This document shows, piece after piece, positions 8,061 through 17,427 of a DNA stretch of 64,000 bases. Source of the DNA: a virus; IMG/VR virus record IMGVR_UViG_3300032053_000013, positions 32,001 through 96,000 of that record, one strand, 5' to 3'. The notes under the pieces were generated by a model, which saw only the letters and a list, made by a program, of their open reading frames with translations, was not told the origin of the DNA and searched no databases. A program made the translations under genes and the position numbers. How positions within the stretch are numbered: the first letter of the stretch is position 1; every line of letters begins with the position of its first letter.

Positions 8061-10049
8061 ATGCCTCTTGCCGGAATTGAGACACTGCATCCCGACGTGT
8101 TCGTCATCGAGCAGGCCGGGATCCCGCGCATCGTCGGCGTCAGCGTCAACACGGGCGGGTTCGTCGGGATCACCGAGAAGGGGCCCACGGACAGGGCCGA
8201 CCTCGTCACCAGCACGACCCAGTTCGTCGAGAAGTACGGGGACTACTACCTGGGGTCCCTCCTACGCCCCTCCGTCCAGGCCTTCTTCGACCAGGGCGGC
8301 GCGCGGTGCTTCGTAGCCAGGGTGGTCGGGCAGGGCGCGACCATCGCGGACACGATGCTCGTGAACCACGAGGGCAACGCCGCGATCGACGCGAACGCCA
8401 TCTCCGAGGGCGCGTGGGGGAACAACGTCTCCCTCTCCACGGAGCGGTGGAGGGCGACGATCGCCGCGGCCACGGTCGGATTCGGCTCGACCCAGATCCC
8501 GGTGTCCTCGCTCCGCAACGCGAAGCTCGGCGACCTCGTCCGGGTCTACGACCCTGTGAGCCTGAACGTCGCCTACGCGTTCGTGGTCTCCATCGACGTG
8601 GCGAACCGGTTCCTGAACGTCAGGCCCGTCCAGGGACTCCCCGCCGGGTTCACCTTCCCGGTAGGGAGCCTGGTCCACTGCGCGACCGACCACCGCCTGG
8701 TGACGGCGACCGCCGAGGCCCTGGCGAACGGGGCCACCTCGGTGGTCCTGGCCAACACCGGGAACCTGGCCGTCGGGGCGCGGGTGTACTTCGACGACGG
8801 ATTCAACTACGCGTCGGTCATCGTGGACAGGATCGACGGGAAGCAGATCCGGTTCCAGCCCATTTCCATCACGGCGGGCGCGACTCTCCCCTCGGGGACC
8901 CTCGCGGCCTCGATGGAGTTCAACCTCAAGGTCTACGAGAAGGGGAAGTTCCGCGAGTCCTTCGAGGGGCTCTCGATGGAGAGCACCTGCACGAGGGACT
9001 ACTTCGGCATCCGGCTCGCCGGGCAGTCGAACGAGTCCAAGATGATCTCGGTCGTCGACCTGTTCCCGGCCCTCGCGGACCTGAACATGGCGGTCCCGAT
9101 GCCGGTGGTGAACCAGGGGTTCAACGGGGGGACCGAGGGCGCGGTGGTCACGGACAACGACTACATCGGGTCCGACACGAGCCCGAAGAGCGGGATGTTC
9201 CTGCTCAGCGAGTCGCCGGACCTCAACTTCTTCTCGATCCCCGGCGTGGCGACGGTGGCGGTCTCGAAGGCCGCGGCGGACTGGGCCGACCTCATGCAGA
9301 GGTTCGTGGCGGTCCTCGACGCCCCGCTGGCCTACGACGAGCCGATGGAGGTCATCAACTTCCGCAACATCGAGGCCAACTTCGACACCTCCTACGCCGC
9401 CCTGTACTACCCGTGGGTGATCGTGCGGGACCCGAACAACGCGAACGCCAGGATGGCCCTCCCGCCGTCCGGGTTCGTCCAGGGCGTGTACGCGAACATC
9501 GGGGCGACCAGGGGCGTCCACTACGCCCCCGCCAACGTCGCCCTGCGCGGGGTCCTCGACCTGACCTACAACGTGAGCGACGGGGAGCAGGACCTCCTGA
9601 ACCCCATCGGGATCAACGTCATCCGGTCCTTCCAGGGGGAGGGGATCCGGGTGTGGGGGGCGAGGACGCTGACATCGTACAAGGACGGGCGGCACTACGT
9701 GAACGTCCGGCGCCTCCTGAACTACATCAAGGAGTCGCTCCGCACCGGGCTCCGGTTCGCCATCTTCGAGCTGAACGAGCAGAGGACCTGGCAGACCGTG
9801 GAGCAGGCGGTGTCCGAGTTCCTCGGCTCCATGTTCCAGAGGGGGATGCTCTTCTCCCCGGACGGGACGCCGGACCGGGCGTTCTTCTGCAAGTGCGACT
9901 CCGAGATCAACCCCGACTCCGAGAGGCGCGAGGGGCGCATGAACATCGAGATCGGGGTCAACCCTCCGCTGCCCGCCGAGTTCATCGTCTGCCGGATCGG
10001 CCTCTGGGACGGCGGGAGCACGGTCGAGGAGGAGCTGGCCCGGAGGTAG
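8061..10049 (+). CDS. Contractile tail sheath protein
   Basis: HPDVFVIEQ...GFVGITEKGP N-terminus; YYPW, PPSG.V.G, INVIRSF.G.GIRVWGARTL, YVNVRRL, IFELN C-terminal sheath motifs. Confidence 0.95.
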   Translation: MPLAGIETLHPDVFVIEQAGIPRIVGVSVNTGGFVGITEKGPTDRADLVTSTTQFVEKYGDYYLGSLLRPSVQAFFDQGGARCFVARVVGQGATIADTMLVNHEGNAAIDANAISEGAWGNNVSLSTERWRATIAAATVGFGSTQIPVSSLRNAKLGDLVRVYDPVSLNVAYAFVVSIDVANRFLNVRPVQGLPAGFTFPVGSLVHCATDHRLVTATAEALANGATSVVLANTGNLAVGARVYFDDGFNYASVIVDRIDGKQIRFQPISITAGATLPSGTLAASMEFNLKVYEKGKFRESFEGLSMESTCTRDYFGIRLAGQSNESKMISVVDLFPALADLNMAVPMPVVNQGFNGGTEGAVVTDNDYIGSDTSPKSGMFLLSESPDLNFFSIPGVATVAVSKAAADWADLMQRFVAVLDAPLAYDEPMEVINFRNIEANFDTSYAALYYPWVIVRDPNNANARMALPPSGFVQGVYANIGATRGVHYAPANVALRGVLDLTYNVSDGEQDLLNPIGINVIRSFQGEGIRVWGARTLTSYKDGRHYVNVRRLLNYIKESLRTGLRFAIFELNEQRTWQTVEQAVSEFLGSMFQRGMLFSPDGTPDRAFFCKCDSEINPDSERREGRMNIEIGVNPPLPAEFIVCRIGLWDGGSTVEEELARR

Positions 10050-10052
10050 CAG

Positions 10053-10550
10053 GTGGCCGACAACATCGCCCCCCCTACGAGGCAGCTGAAGCCCCTTGGA
10101 GGGGAGACGGGGCAGGAAGACCCGAGGTTCGGCTTCAGGTACAGCTTCAACGTGCTCACGAGGCCGATCCGGGGGCAGTTCTCGAAGGTGAGTGGGCTCA
10201 GCGAGGAGATCGAGGTCGTGGAGATGCGGGACGGGACCGACCCGTTCCAGGTCAGGAAGATCGCTGGGACGAACCAGGGGGGCCAGATCACGCTGGAGAG
10301 GGGGATCGTTTCCCAGAGGGACCACCTCATCCGGTGGTTCGGGGACGTGAAGAAGAAGAGCGGACAGTACTGGGCGGACGTGACCGTGGGGGTTTGGGGG
10401 CGGCCGGAGGACAAGGATACGGTCATGGACGTGAAGATCAGGTCCGGGTGGCCCAGCAGGTACGAGATCGGCGACCTTGACGCGAAGTCCTCGGAGATAG
10501 CCGTGGAGGTTCTCACGGTCGTCCACGAGGGTCTCGAATACGTGAGGTGA
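10053..10550 (+). CDS. Tail tube protein 1 (T4 gp19-like)
   Basis: FSKVSGLSEEIEVVEMRDG...ITLERGI...WP...LDAKSSEIAVE. Confidence 0.9.
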   Translation: MADNIAPPTRQLKPLGGETGQEDPRFGFRYSFNVLTRPIRGQFSKVSGLSEEIEVVEMRDGTDPFQVRKIAGTNQGGQITLERGIVSQRDHLIRWFGDVKKKSGQYWADVTVGVWGRPEDKDTVMDVKIRSGWPSRYEIGDLDAKSSEIAVEVLTVVHEGLEYVR

Positions 10551-10553
10551 GCA

Positions 10554-11018
10554 ATGGCAGAGACAAGGCTTTCCGACCCCGTCGCCAACTTCCGCTTCAT
10601 CGTGGTCTCGACGCGGTGCCGGGCGGGGTTCTCGAAGGTCACGGGGATGAAGGAGGAGAGCGAGGTCATCGAGTACCGCGAGGGGACGGACAGCGCGTTC
10701 CTCCAGAAGTACCCCGGGATGCGCAAGTACCCGGAGGCGACGTTCGAGCGCGGGCTGACGCAGGAGGCGATGGCCCTCGTCGAGTGGCGGAACGCCGTCA
10801 TCAGGGGGAAGAACTACAAGGACCGCATCCAGGTCGACATCCAGACGTGCCCGGGGACCATGGCCAGGTCCGTCGTCTTCCCGAAGTCGTGGCCGAGCGG
10901 TCTGGAGATCTCGGACATGGACGCGAAGGCGAGCGAGATCGCCATCGAGACCATGACGATCCAGCACGAGGGCAACGAGGACCTGGCGGTCATCCCGACG
11001 ATCTTCAAGAACGTGTAG
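10554..11018 (+). CDS. Tail tube protein 2 (T4 gp19-like)
   Basis: DPVANFRF...GFSKVTGM.EESEVIEYREG...TFERG...WP...MDAKASEIAIE. Confidence 0.9.
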   Translation: MAETRLSDPVANFRFIVVSTRCRAGFSKVTGMKEESEVIEYREGTDSAFLQKYPGMRKYPEATFERGLTQEAMALVEWRNAVIRGKNYKDRIQVDIQTCPGTMARSVVFPKSWPSGLEISDMDAKASEIAIETMTIQHEGNEDLAVIPTIFKNV

Positions 11019-11063
11019 CCTCCCGCCGAGTGGGTCGGCGGGTGAGAACGTGTTTACGGGGCG

Positions 11064-11876
11064 GTGCCCCAGGAGGAAACCATGCCGGAGGACAACCCCA
11101 CCACGCCCGCGCCGGACGCCCCTCCCGTCAACGGCATCGTGGTCAGCCTGCCATGCGGGTACCTCAGGGACGGCCGGGTCCACCGCGAGGCGGAGATCGT
11201 CCCGATGACCGGGCTGACGAGGAAGGCCATCGCGAGGGAGGACGTCAGGAACAACCCCATCAAGGTCACGGACGTCATCCTCTCCCACTGCCTCAAGCGC
11301 GTCGGGGACGCCACCTCGATCACCTCCCGGCTCCTCGGAGACCTCGTCATCGGAGACCGCGACTTCCTGATCCTGGAGATCAGGCGCGTCTCGATGGGCG
11401 AGGCGATCGTCGCGAACGTCGAGTGCGACTCCTGCAAGGCGAAGGTCGAGGTGACGTTCCACATCAAGGAGATCGAGACCATACGGCTGGGGGACCCGAA
11501 GGACTACCCGGAGCGGGACGGCAGCCTCACGTTCGCCGTGAGGGGCGACGGGTTCGAGGCCGTGAGCCGGTTCCCGAAGGGGGCCGACCAGGCCCTCATC
11601 ATGCCGGGGGCGACCAAGAACCCCGTGGCGGCGAGCTACGGGCTGTACGCGGCGTGCCTCCTGGAGTGGAACGGGAAGAGGGGGCCCTTCGACACCGCCT
11701 TCTTCGAGTCGCTCCCGCTCTCCGTCCTCGACGTGTTCGAGGAGGAGTTCATGGCGCTCCAGCCGGGCCCGGTCATGAAGCAGGACGCCTCCTGCCCCTC
11801 GTGCGGGGCGTCCATCGACTTCACGTTCAGAGGGTCGGATTTTTTGTTCCGGGTCCCGAAGCGTGGGAGGCTGTGA
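11064..11876 (+). CDS. Tail assembly chaperone (G-like)
   Basis: VSLPCGY, GDRDFLILEIRRVSMG and CxxC motifs; lies between tube and tape measure genes. Confidence 0.75.
   Translation: MPQEETMPEDNPTTPAPDAPPVNGIVVSLPCGYLRDGRVHREAEIVPMTGLTRKAIAREDVRNNPIKVTDVILSHCLKRVGDATSITSRLLGDLVIGDRDFLILEIRRVSMGEAIVANVECDSCKAKVEVTFHIKEIETIRLGDPKDYPERDGSLTFAVRGDGFEAVSRFPKGADQALIMPGATKNPVAASYGLYAACLLEWNGKRGPFDTAFFESLPLSVLDVFEEEFMALQPGPVMKQDASCPSCGASIDFTFRGSDFLFRVPKRGRL
11840..11846 (+). other. Programmed -1 frameshift slippery site T TTT TTG
   Basis: X XXY YYZ heptamer in frame at the end of the chaperone gene; the -1 frame stays open to 12037. Confidence 0.75.
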
Positions 11877-12037
11877 AAGACCAGGCGTGGCTCATTGTCA
11901 TGACCACGGAGGGCGGGATCACGCTCCGGGACGTGCTGGAGATGGAGGACTCCGAGAGGCTCTCCTGGTACGAGAGGTGCCTCTCCCACAACGAGAGGGT
12001 CCAGTCCGACGTCGAGTCCGCCAAGCGGCGGAGGTAG
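11846..12037 (+). CDS. Frameshift extension (GT-like C-terminal segment)
   Basis: -1 frame reads FVPGPEAWEAVKDQAWLIVMTTEGGITLRDVLEMEDSERLSWYERC..., ending 4 nt before the TMP start. Confidence 0.7.
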   Translation, partial: VPGPEAWEAVKDQAWLIVMTTEGGITLRDVLEMEDSERLSWYERCLSHNERVQSDVESAKRRR

Positions 12038-12040
12038 ACC

Positions 12041-14740
12041 GTGGCTACCGGAGAGACGAGGTCGTTCCTCATCCAGTTCCTGGCCGAGACGGGCGACGCC
12101 GTAACGGCGATGAACTTCCTCGGCCGCTCCATGCAGAAGTTCCCCTCCCAGGCGATCAACGCCGCCGCCCAGACCGAGGTCGCGATGGCTGAGGTCGACA
12201 CGGCGCTCAGGCAGGCCGGGGTCTCGGCCTCCCACCTCTCCGACGCGTTCACCTCCATGGGACGCGACGCCACAGCCATGCTCAAGGCCGCCGGGGCCGC
12301 CGCCAAGATAGGGTTCGAGGGCGAGGACAACCTCAAGGCCTTCGCCGAGACGGCGCGCAGGTTCGGGTTCGTCACGAAGACGAGCACGGAGCAGGCCGGG
12401 CAGGCCCTCTCTGACCTCGGCGTCGCCATGGGGTACAAGACGCCGGAGCAGATCGAGAGGCTGGCGTCGGGGATGACCGAGCTGTCCAGGCGGACCAACG
12501 TCACCTACGACGACCTCACCGCGCTGATGAAGCGGACCGGCCCCCTGTCCAACGCGATCGGGGTGTCGGAGTCGGCGGTCATGGCCCTGGCCGCCTCCTT
12601 CTCCCAGCAGAACATGTCGGCCAAGGCGGCGGCCGGGCCGATCAGCAACCTGATGGAGATGATGCAGTATTCGGCGCTCAGCGGGCACCAGCTCGGGAAG
12701 GCCGTGGGGCTGTCGGGGGACAAGTTCGACGAGTTTGCGAAGGCGATACCGGACAAGCAGATCGAGATGTTCATGGGCCAGATCGGGAAGATGGGGAAGA
12801 TCCAGGCCGAGCAGACCCTCCACGGGCTCGGGATCGCCTCGGGGCTCTCGGCGACCCAGATATGGCTGGCGGCGAAGCAGACGCAGAACTTCACGAAGTA
12901 CATCGGGTGGGCCTCCGAGGGGATGAAGAAGAACACGGCCCTGAAGAGGGAGGCCTACAAGGTCGAGAGGACCCTGACGTTCCAGATGAAGGAGCTGGGG
13001 AAGCAGTCCCTGGCGTTCCTCCAGATGACGGGGAAGATGCTGGTCCCCGTCGTGAGGGTGTTCGTGCAGGCGCTCCGGGGCCTCCTCTTCGTGCTCATGG
13101 TGATCCCGAGGCCGGTGCTGGCGCTCGCGGCGGCCTTCGCGGCCCTCGGGGCGGCCATCCTGGCGGGGACGTGGGCGGCGAAGACGAAGCTGGTCGCCGG
13201 GTCGGTCACGCTCATCGCGACCATCTACAGGGAGATAGCGGCGGTCGGGGGGCTCGCGGGGGCCTACAAGGTCCTCACCTCGGCGCAGGCTGCCCAGGCG
13301 CTGGTACAGGCAGCCGCGGACAGGAGGAGAACTATAGCGGGCCTGAAAGAGGCGAAGCTGCCGCTGCCCACTAAGTCGGTGGGGATGGGGTTCGGGGTGG
13401 CGGGGGCCCCGACCGGGGCGATGGGGGCCATGGTCACCGTGTCCGCCGCCCTCGGGATCTCCGTGGCGGCCCTCATCGGGATCGTCCTCGCTCTGGTCGC
13501 GGTGTTCATCCTCATGGGGGTGATGATCTACAAGGGCGTGAAGATGATGCAGGAGGGGACGGCCAAGGCCAAGGTGTTCGGGGCCGCGCTCCTCCTGATG
13601 ACGGGGCCCATCGGCCTGTTCGTGCTCGGGATGATGGCGCTCGCGAAGCCGATCCGGGACTTCAAGGACCAGGTCGTGGCGGCGTTCGAGCCCATCATCC
13701 CCATCCTGGAGCAGATCGCGCCCCTCCTGTACGCCATCGGGGCGGCACTCGCGGTGGTGATGCTCATAATGAGCCCGATCACCTATGCCATCCTGTTCAT
13801 CCTCGGGTTCATCTACGCGATCATGCCGATCATCGTCGGGTTCATCGAGGGGTTCGCCGAGGTCCTCGCGTTCGCGATCGAGCCGTTCCTGCCGGGGCTG
13901 AAGGCCCTCGGGGACCTGTTCGAGTGGGTCGGGGAGAAGATCGGTATGACGGGGGTCTCCGCGGGCTGGCTGACGACCCTGCTGAAGATCGTGGGGAAGA
14001 CCATCGTGTACTCGATCATCGGCCCGTTCGCCCTGGCGGTCAGGTTCATCGCGGTCATATTCGACGGGATCAGGGCGTACGTGGACGACTTCTGGGGGTC
14101 TATCAGCCTGCTCGGCGAGGCGATCGAGATGGTCTGGGAGGGGGTGGTCGCCGCCTTCCAATGGGCCGTCGGCAAGATGGTGGCGGCGTTCGCGTGGGTC
14201 CTGTCCCCCATCGTCAAGATCAAGGTCTTCTTCACCTCCATGATCGGGGCGATGGTGGCCGGGATAGCGAGGATCGTGGGGCCGCTCAAGGCGGTCGCCG
14301 GGTTCTTCTACTCCATCTACCAGGCCGCGAGCAGCGTCAAGACGGCCCTGGTCGGGTCCTCGCCGTGGCACGTCGAGGAGAGCATGGGCGGGGAGGTGAT
14401 CCCGGCCCTCGAGAGGACGCGCGGGGCGTTCGACGACGTAGCCGAGGCCTCGTTCGGGGCGACGCCCCAGGTGGCCCGCGTGAGGGAAGGGGCGGAGGGG
14501 GCGAGGGCGGCGGCCTCGGTGGCCGCGGCGTCGGCGATGCGGGTCCCGGCCCAGGCGCCCCAGGCGCCCCAGGCGGCGGGCGGGGGGGCGAGGGAGGTCC
14601 GGGTCTCGATCCCCGTGGTCGTCCAGCTCGACGGGGTGACCCTCGGTAGGACGGTGATAGAGCAGATCATCGAGCTCAACGAGCGAAACATGAACCCGCC
14701 GGGCTTCCCCATGAGGGGGGTGGAGCCCGCCTTCGGTTAG
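12041..14740 (+). CDS. Tape measure protein
   Basis: 899 aa, Ala-rich helical, TP901/PhageMin_Tail-like N-terminal region, hydrophobic TM-like segments, 11-residue W/F periodicity. Confidence 0.9.
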   Translation: MATGETRSFLIQFLAETGDAVTAMNFLGRSMQKFPSQAINAAAQTEVAMAEVDTALRQAGVSASHLSDAFTSMGRDATAMLKAAGAAAKIGFEGEDNLKAFAETARRFGFVTKTSTEQAGQALSDLGVAMGYKTPEQIERLASGMTELSRRTNVTYDDLTALMKRTGPLSNAIGVSESAVMALAASFSQQNMSAKAAAGPISNLMEMMQYSALSGHQLGKAVGLSGDKFDEFAKAIPDKQIEMFMGQIGKMGKIQAEQTLHGLGIASGLSATQIWLAAKQTQNFTKYIGWASEGMKKNTALKREAYKVERTLTFQMKELGKQSLAFLQMTGKMLVPVVRVFVQALRGLLFVLMVIPRPVLALAAAFAALGAAILAGTWAAKTKLVAGSVTLIATIYREIAAVGGLAGAYKVLTSAQAAQALVQAAADRRRTIAGLKEAKLPLPTKSVGMGFGVAGAPTGAMGAMVTVSAALGISVAALIGIVLALVAVFILMGVMIYKGVKMMQEGTAKAKVFGAALLLMTGPIGLFVLGMMALAKPIRDFKDQVVAAFEPIIPILEQIAPLLYAIGAALAVVMLIMSPITYAILFILGFIYAIMPIIVGFIEGFAEVLAFAIEPFLPGLKALGDLFEWVGEKIGMTGVSAGWLTTLLKIVGKTIVYSIIGPFALAVRFIAVIFDGIRAYVDDFWGSISLLGEAIEMVWEGVVAAFQWAVGKMVAAFAWVLSPIVKIKVFFTSMIGAMVAGIARIVGPLKAVAGFFYSIYQAASSVKTALVGSSPWHVEESMGGEVIPALERTRGAFDDVAEASFGATPQVARVREGAEGARAAASVAAASAMRVPAQAPQAPQAAGGGAREVRVSIPVVVQLDGVTLGRTVIEQIIELNERNMNPPGFPMRGVEPAFG

Positions 14741-14756
14741 CGCATACGGTATGCGC
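14740..14756. promoter_or_regulatory. 17-bp palindrome GCGCATA-CGG-TATGCGC
   Basis: Identical copy at 61933-61949; variants at 5851-5867 and 33631-33647. Confidence 0.6.
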
Positions 14757-14767
14757 GGGAGAGGGGC

Positions 14768-15355
14768 ATGGGCGTCTGGAGCATAGGGAAGATCCGGGGG
14801 AGGTTCCAGCCGGAGGACTTCACCGAGACCCAGGACATGAAGGTCAAGGACCTGGTCTGCTTCGGGTCGGTGACGCGGCTCATGTTCGCCGGGTGGTCCC
14901 CGAGGGAGGTCTCCATCTCCTTCGTCGTGGACTCCGTGCAGAAGGGGGCTGGGGAGCAGGACGCCGACAGCTTCATGAAGACGACCACGTTCATGAACAT
15001 GAACGGCGAGATGGGGGAGGTGGAGACGGTGGGGGACTGCCCCGTCTACGACCCAGAGAGGGTCTGGGCGTACATCCAGGCGCTCCAGCGGCCCAAGGCG
15101 ATGCGGGCCCTCATGGAGCCCATCGTGGTAATGATCCCCGGGTGGGGGGACCGTGGGGACGACGTGAAGTACGCGTACATCACGCACGCCCAGGTCAAGA
15201 GGACGCACATCTCCTCCAAGGGGGCGGAGGACTACTCGTCCGAGCCGGGGGCGATCCGGGCGGTGAGGGCGACGTTCACGCTGACGCTGAAGGAGGCCGC
15301 GATCTTCTCGTCCGAGAAGGAGGCCGAGAAGGCGGGCCAGTCCGTGGTGAAGTGA
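14768..15355 (+). CDS. Tube initiator-like (CIS tube/Afp7-like) baseplate protein
   Basis: FQPEDF...PREVSISFVVDS...RATFTLTLKE pattern; directly after TMP. Confidence 0.6.
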   Translation: MGVWSIGKIRGRFQPEDFTETQDMKVKDLVCFGSVTRLMFAGWSPREVSISFVVDSVQKGAGEQDADSFMKTTTFMNMNGEMGEVETVGDCPVYDPERVWAYIQALQRPKAMRALMEPIVVMIPGWGDRGDDVKYAYITHAQVKRTHISSKGAEDYSSEPGAIRAVRATFTLTLKEAAIFSSEKEAEKAGQSVVK

Positions 15356-15365
15356 GGGCGGAGGG

Positions 15366-15671
15366 ATGATCTTCAGGGGCTCCAGGTACGAGGGGTGCAT
15401 GTTCACCGGCGTCCTCGGCAGGGACGGCAAGGTGCGGAAGTTCCTCCACGCCAGGGAGCCGCTCCAGGCCAGGGACATGGCGGACCCCGTCGTCGTCCAC
15501 TCCCTCCAGAGGGGGGAGGTGATCGACGAGCTGGCGTGGCGGGCCGTAGGCAAGCCGCGCCTGTGGTGGGTCATCGCCGACGTGAGCGGCGTCATGTTCC
15601 CCCTGGAGATCGAGCCCGGGACGGAGCTCGTGGTGCCGATGGCGGAGCTCATGAAGAGGAGGGAGTCCTGA
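15366..15671 (+). CDS. LysM/gpX-like baseplate protein
   Basis: SRY...HSLQRGEVIDELAWRAVGKPRLWWVIADVS...IEPGTELVVP. Confidence 0.8.
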   Translation: MIFRGSRYEGCMFTGVLGRDGKVRKFLHAREPLQARDMADPVVVHSLQRGEVIDELAWRAVGKPRLWWVIADVSGVMFPLEIEPGTELVVPMAELMKRRES

Positions 15672-16936
15672 TGGGCCGTGGCGCCCCGTGCTTCCCCGTG
15701 GTCGGCCTGGGGGTGGGCCTTCCGGCCCCCGTGGTGGTCCCGGACGTCGGGATCGTCGGGGTCCCGTCGCTCCCCGGGGGCGTCGCCCTCGCGTCGAGGC
15801 CCGTCAGCCGCAACAGGAAGTTCAGGGCGGCGCCGAACTTCAGCGTACTCGGGTTCACGGCGGACAGCGGGGTGGTGAGGGGGCTGAGGCTCGACGAGGT
15901 GGCGGGGTTCGGGCTGTCCGTCGTCAGGGTCGTGCTCAACAACCTCAACAACCGGCTCGGGAAGACGATCCTCGCGAAGGAGCAGTCCAGCTTCGTAGTG
16001 TCCCTCGGGTACGACAACCCCGGCCAGTTCCCGCACGGGACTTTCGTCGTCCAGCGGCCGAAGTTCCGGTACGCCGCCGGGGGCGGGCCCATGACCGTCG
16101 AGATCGTCGCCTACGGGGAGGCGGTCAAGCTGGGGGCCACCGAGCGCCGCGAGGCCTACCGGAAGATGGCGGACTCCGACATCGTCTCGGCGATCGCCTC
16201 CAGGAACGGGATGGCGGCGGACGTCGAGGCGACGACCCCGATCTACGACCAGGTCATCCAGGCGAACGAGAGCGACTGGAAGTTCCTGGAGAGGCGGGCG
16301 AAGCTCTACGGGTACGTGCTCTACGTGGACGCCGGGACCCTCCACTTCCACAAGGTGAGGCCGAGGGAGAGCGGGATCTCCGTCATGGGCGGGTCGGAGC
16401 CGGGCGTGCTCCAGGACTTCATGGTGCAGTCCAGGACGTTCATGAGGGGCCTGTCCCTCACCATGACGCAGATCGACCCGGTCACGAAGGACGAGGTCCT
16501 CGCGGTGTCCACGGAGTCCCCCGACGCCGTCCAGTCGACGATGGACTTCCGGAACTGGTCCGAGCTGGTGAGCATCCCCGGCGTGGGGCAGCCGAAGCGG
16601 TTCGTCGTGGGGGAGGGCCACCGGCAGTCCAGCACGGAGCTCGCGAGCATGGTGGACCAGATGGCGAAGTCAACGCGGTACGTGATCGCCGGGAGCGGGC
16701 TCCTCCACGGGATCGAGCAGCTCCGGGCGAACGACGTCATCGAGATCAACGGGGTGGGCCGGTCGAGCGGGAGGTACTTCGTCACCAGGGCCCTGCACGA
16801 GATCGAGGCCGAGGAGGGGTCGACCGGGGGAGGGTACAGGGTCAGGTTCGACGTCGTGAGGTGCGGCGCCGGGCCGCTGTCGGCGGCCTCGGGGACGCCG
16901 GTGGAGCCGCAGAGCGCCGGGACCGTGGCGCTGTAG
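15671..16936 (+). CDS. Baseplate hub (P2 gpD/Mu gp44/gp27-like)
   Basis: LGYD, KMADSDIVSAIA, QANESDWKFLERRA..YG, LRANDVIEINGVGRSSGRYFVTRALH. Start taken at ATG 15671. Confidence 0.85.
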   Translation: MGRGAPCFPVVGLGVGLPAPVVVPDVGIVGVPSLPGGVALASRPVSRNRKFRAAPNFSVLGFTADSGVVRGLRLDEVAGFGLSVVRVVLNNLNNRLGKTILAKEQSSFVVSLGYDNPGQFPHGTFVVQRPKFRYAAGGGPMTVEIVAYGEAVKLGATERREAYRKMADSDIVSAIASRNGMAADVEATTPIYDQVIQANESDWKFLERRAKLYGYVLYVDAGTLHFHKVRPRESGISVMGGSEPGVLQDFMVQSRTFMRGLSLTMTQIDPVTKDEVLAVSTESPDAVQSTMDFRNWSELVSIPGVGQPKRFVVGEGHRQSSTELASMVDQMAKSTRYVIAGSGLLHGIEQLRANDVIEINGVGRSSGRYFVTRALHEIEAEEGSTGGGYRVRFDVVRCGAGPLSAASGTPVEPQSAGTVAL

Positions 16937-16946
16937 GAGGTGTGGG

Positions 16947-17228
16947 GTGGGGTGCTGCGGAAGGAAGTCGAGGGTGGAGGCGAGCCCGGTGCCGAGGGGG
17001 CACGCCGTCAGGGAGATCGCCGTGCGGCCGGTCGCCATGCCGATGACGCCGCCCGCCCCGCCCAGGCCGCCCGCCGGGTCGCCGGGGTTCTCCGCGACCA
17101 TCCAGCCGACCAAGACAGTCGTCTGCAAGAGGTGCGGGGCGCGGCTCGCGCTGAAGCACGTGTGGAGCGGGCGCCTCCGGCGGTACTACGACGTCTCGTG
17201 GTGCCCCGGATGCGGGAAGGGGGGGTAG
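16947..17228 (+). CDS. Small Cys-rich (Zn-ribbon) hypothetical protein
   Basis: MGCCGRK N-terminus, CKRC and CPGC; SD AGGAGG. Confidence 0.55.
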   Translation: MGCCGRKSRVEASPVPRGHAVREIAVRPVAMPMTPPAPPRPPAGSPGFSATIQPTKTVVCKRCGARLALKHVWSGRLRRYYDVSWCPGCGKGG

Positions 17229-17385
17229 GTGGTCCTGAGGTTCGTCGTCGCCGTCGCCCTCGTCGAGGCCGTGGTGGAGATCACGTCCACGGCGGAAGTG
17301 TTCGAGGGCGTCCGGGCATGGCTGGCGGGCAGGGGAGAAAAGCCCCGGAAACTGGGGATTTTCGCCCGGTGTGGCTACTGCCAAA
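17229..17385 (+). pseudogene. 5' fragment of a DUF1360-like membrane protein gene, interrupted by endonuclease cassette
   Basis: VALVEAVVEI...FEGVRAWLAGRGEKPRKLGIFARCGYC closely matches the N-terminus of 18186-18596. Confidence 0.7.
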
Positions 17386-17392
17386 AAAGTCC

Positions 17393-17421
17393 TTGCGGTT
17401 ATTGCCAAACAGTAGTATTAT
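17393..17421 (+). promoter_or_regulatory. Promoter TTGCGG-N17-TATTAT, leaderless for the endonuclease
   Basis: -10 box ends 6 nt before ATG 17428; no SD. Confidence 0.55.
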
Positions 17422-17427
17422 GGGGAC

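Noticed and set aside
11636-16621. 1661-aa minus-strand ORF (and similar ones at 8262-11462, 23116-27693, 37367-41626, 33538-36168)
   Set aside because: Antisense shadows of GC-rich genes: low-complexity R/P/G/H composition, no motifs, and fully overlapping well-supported + strand genes.
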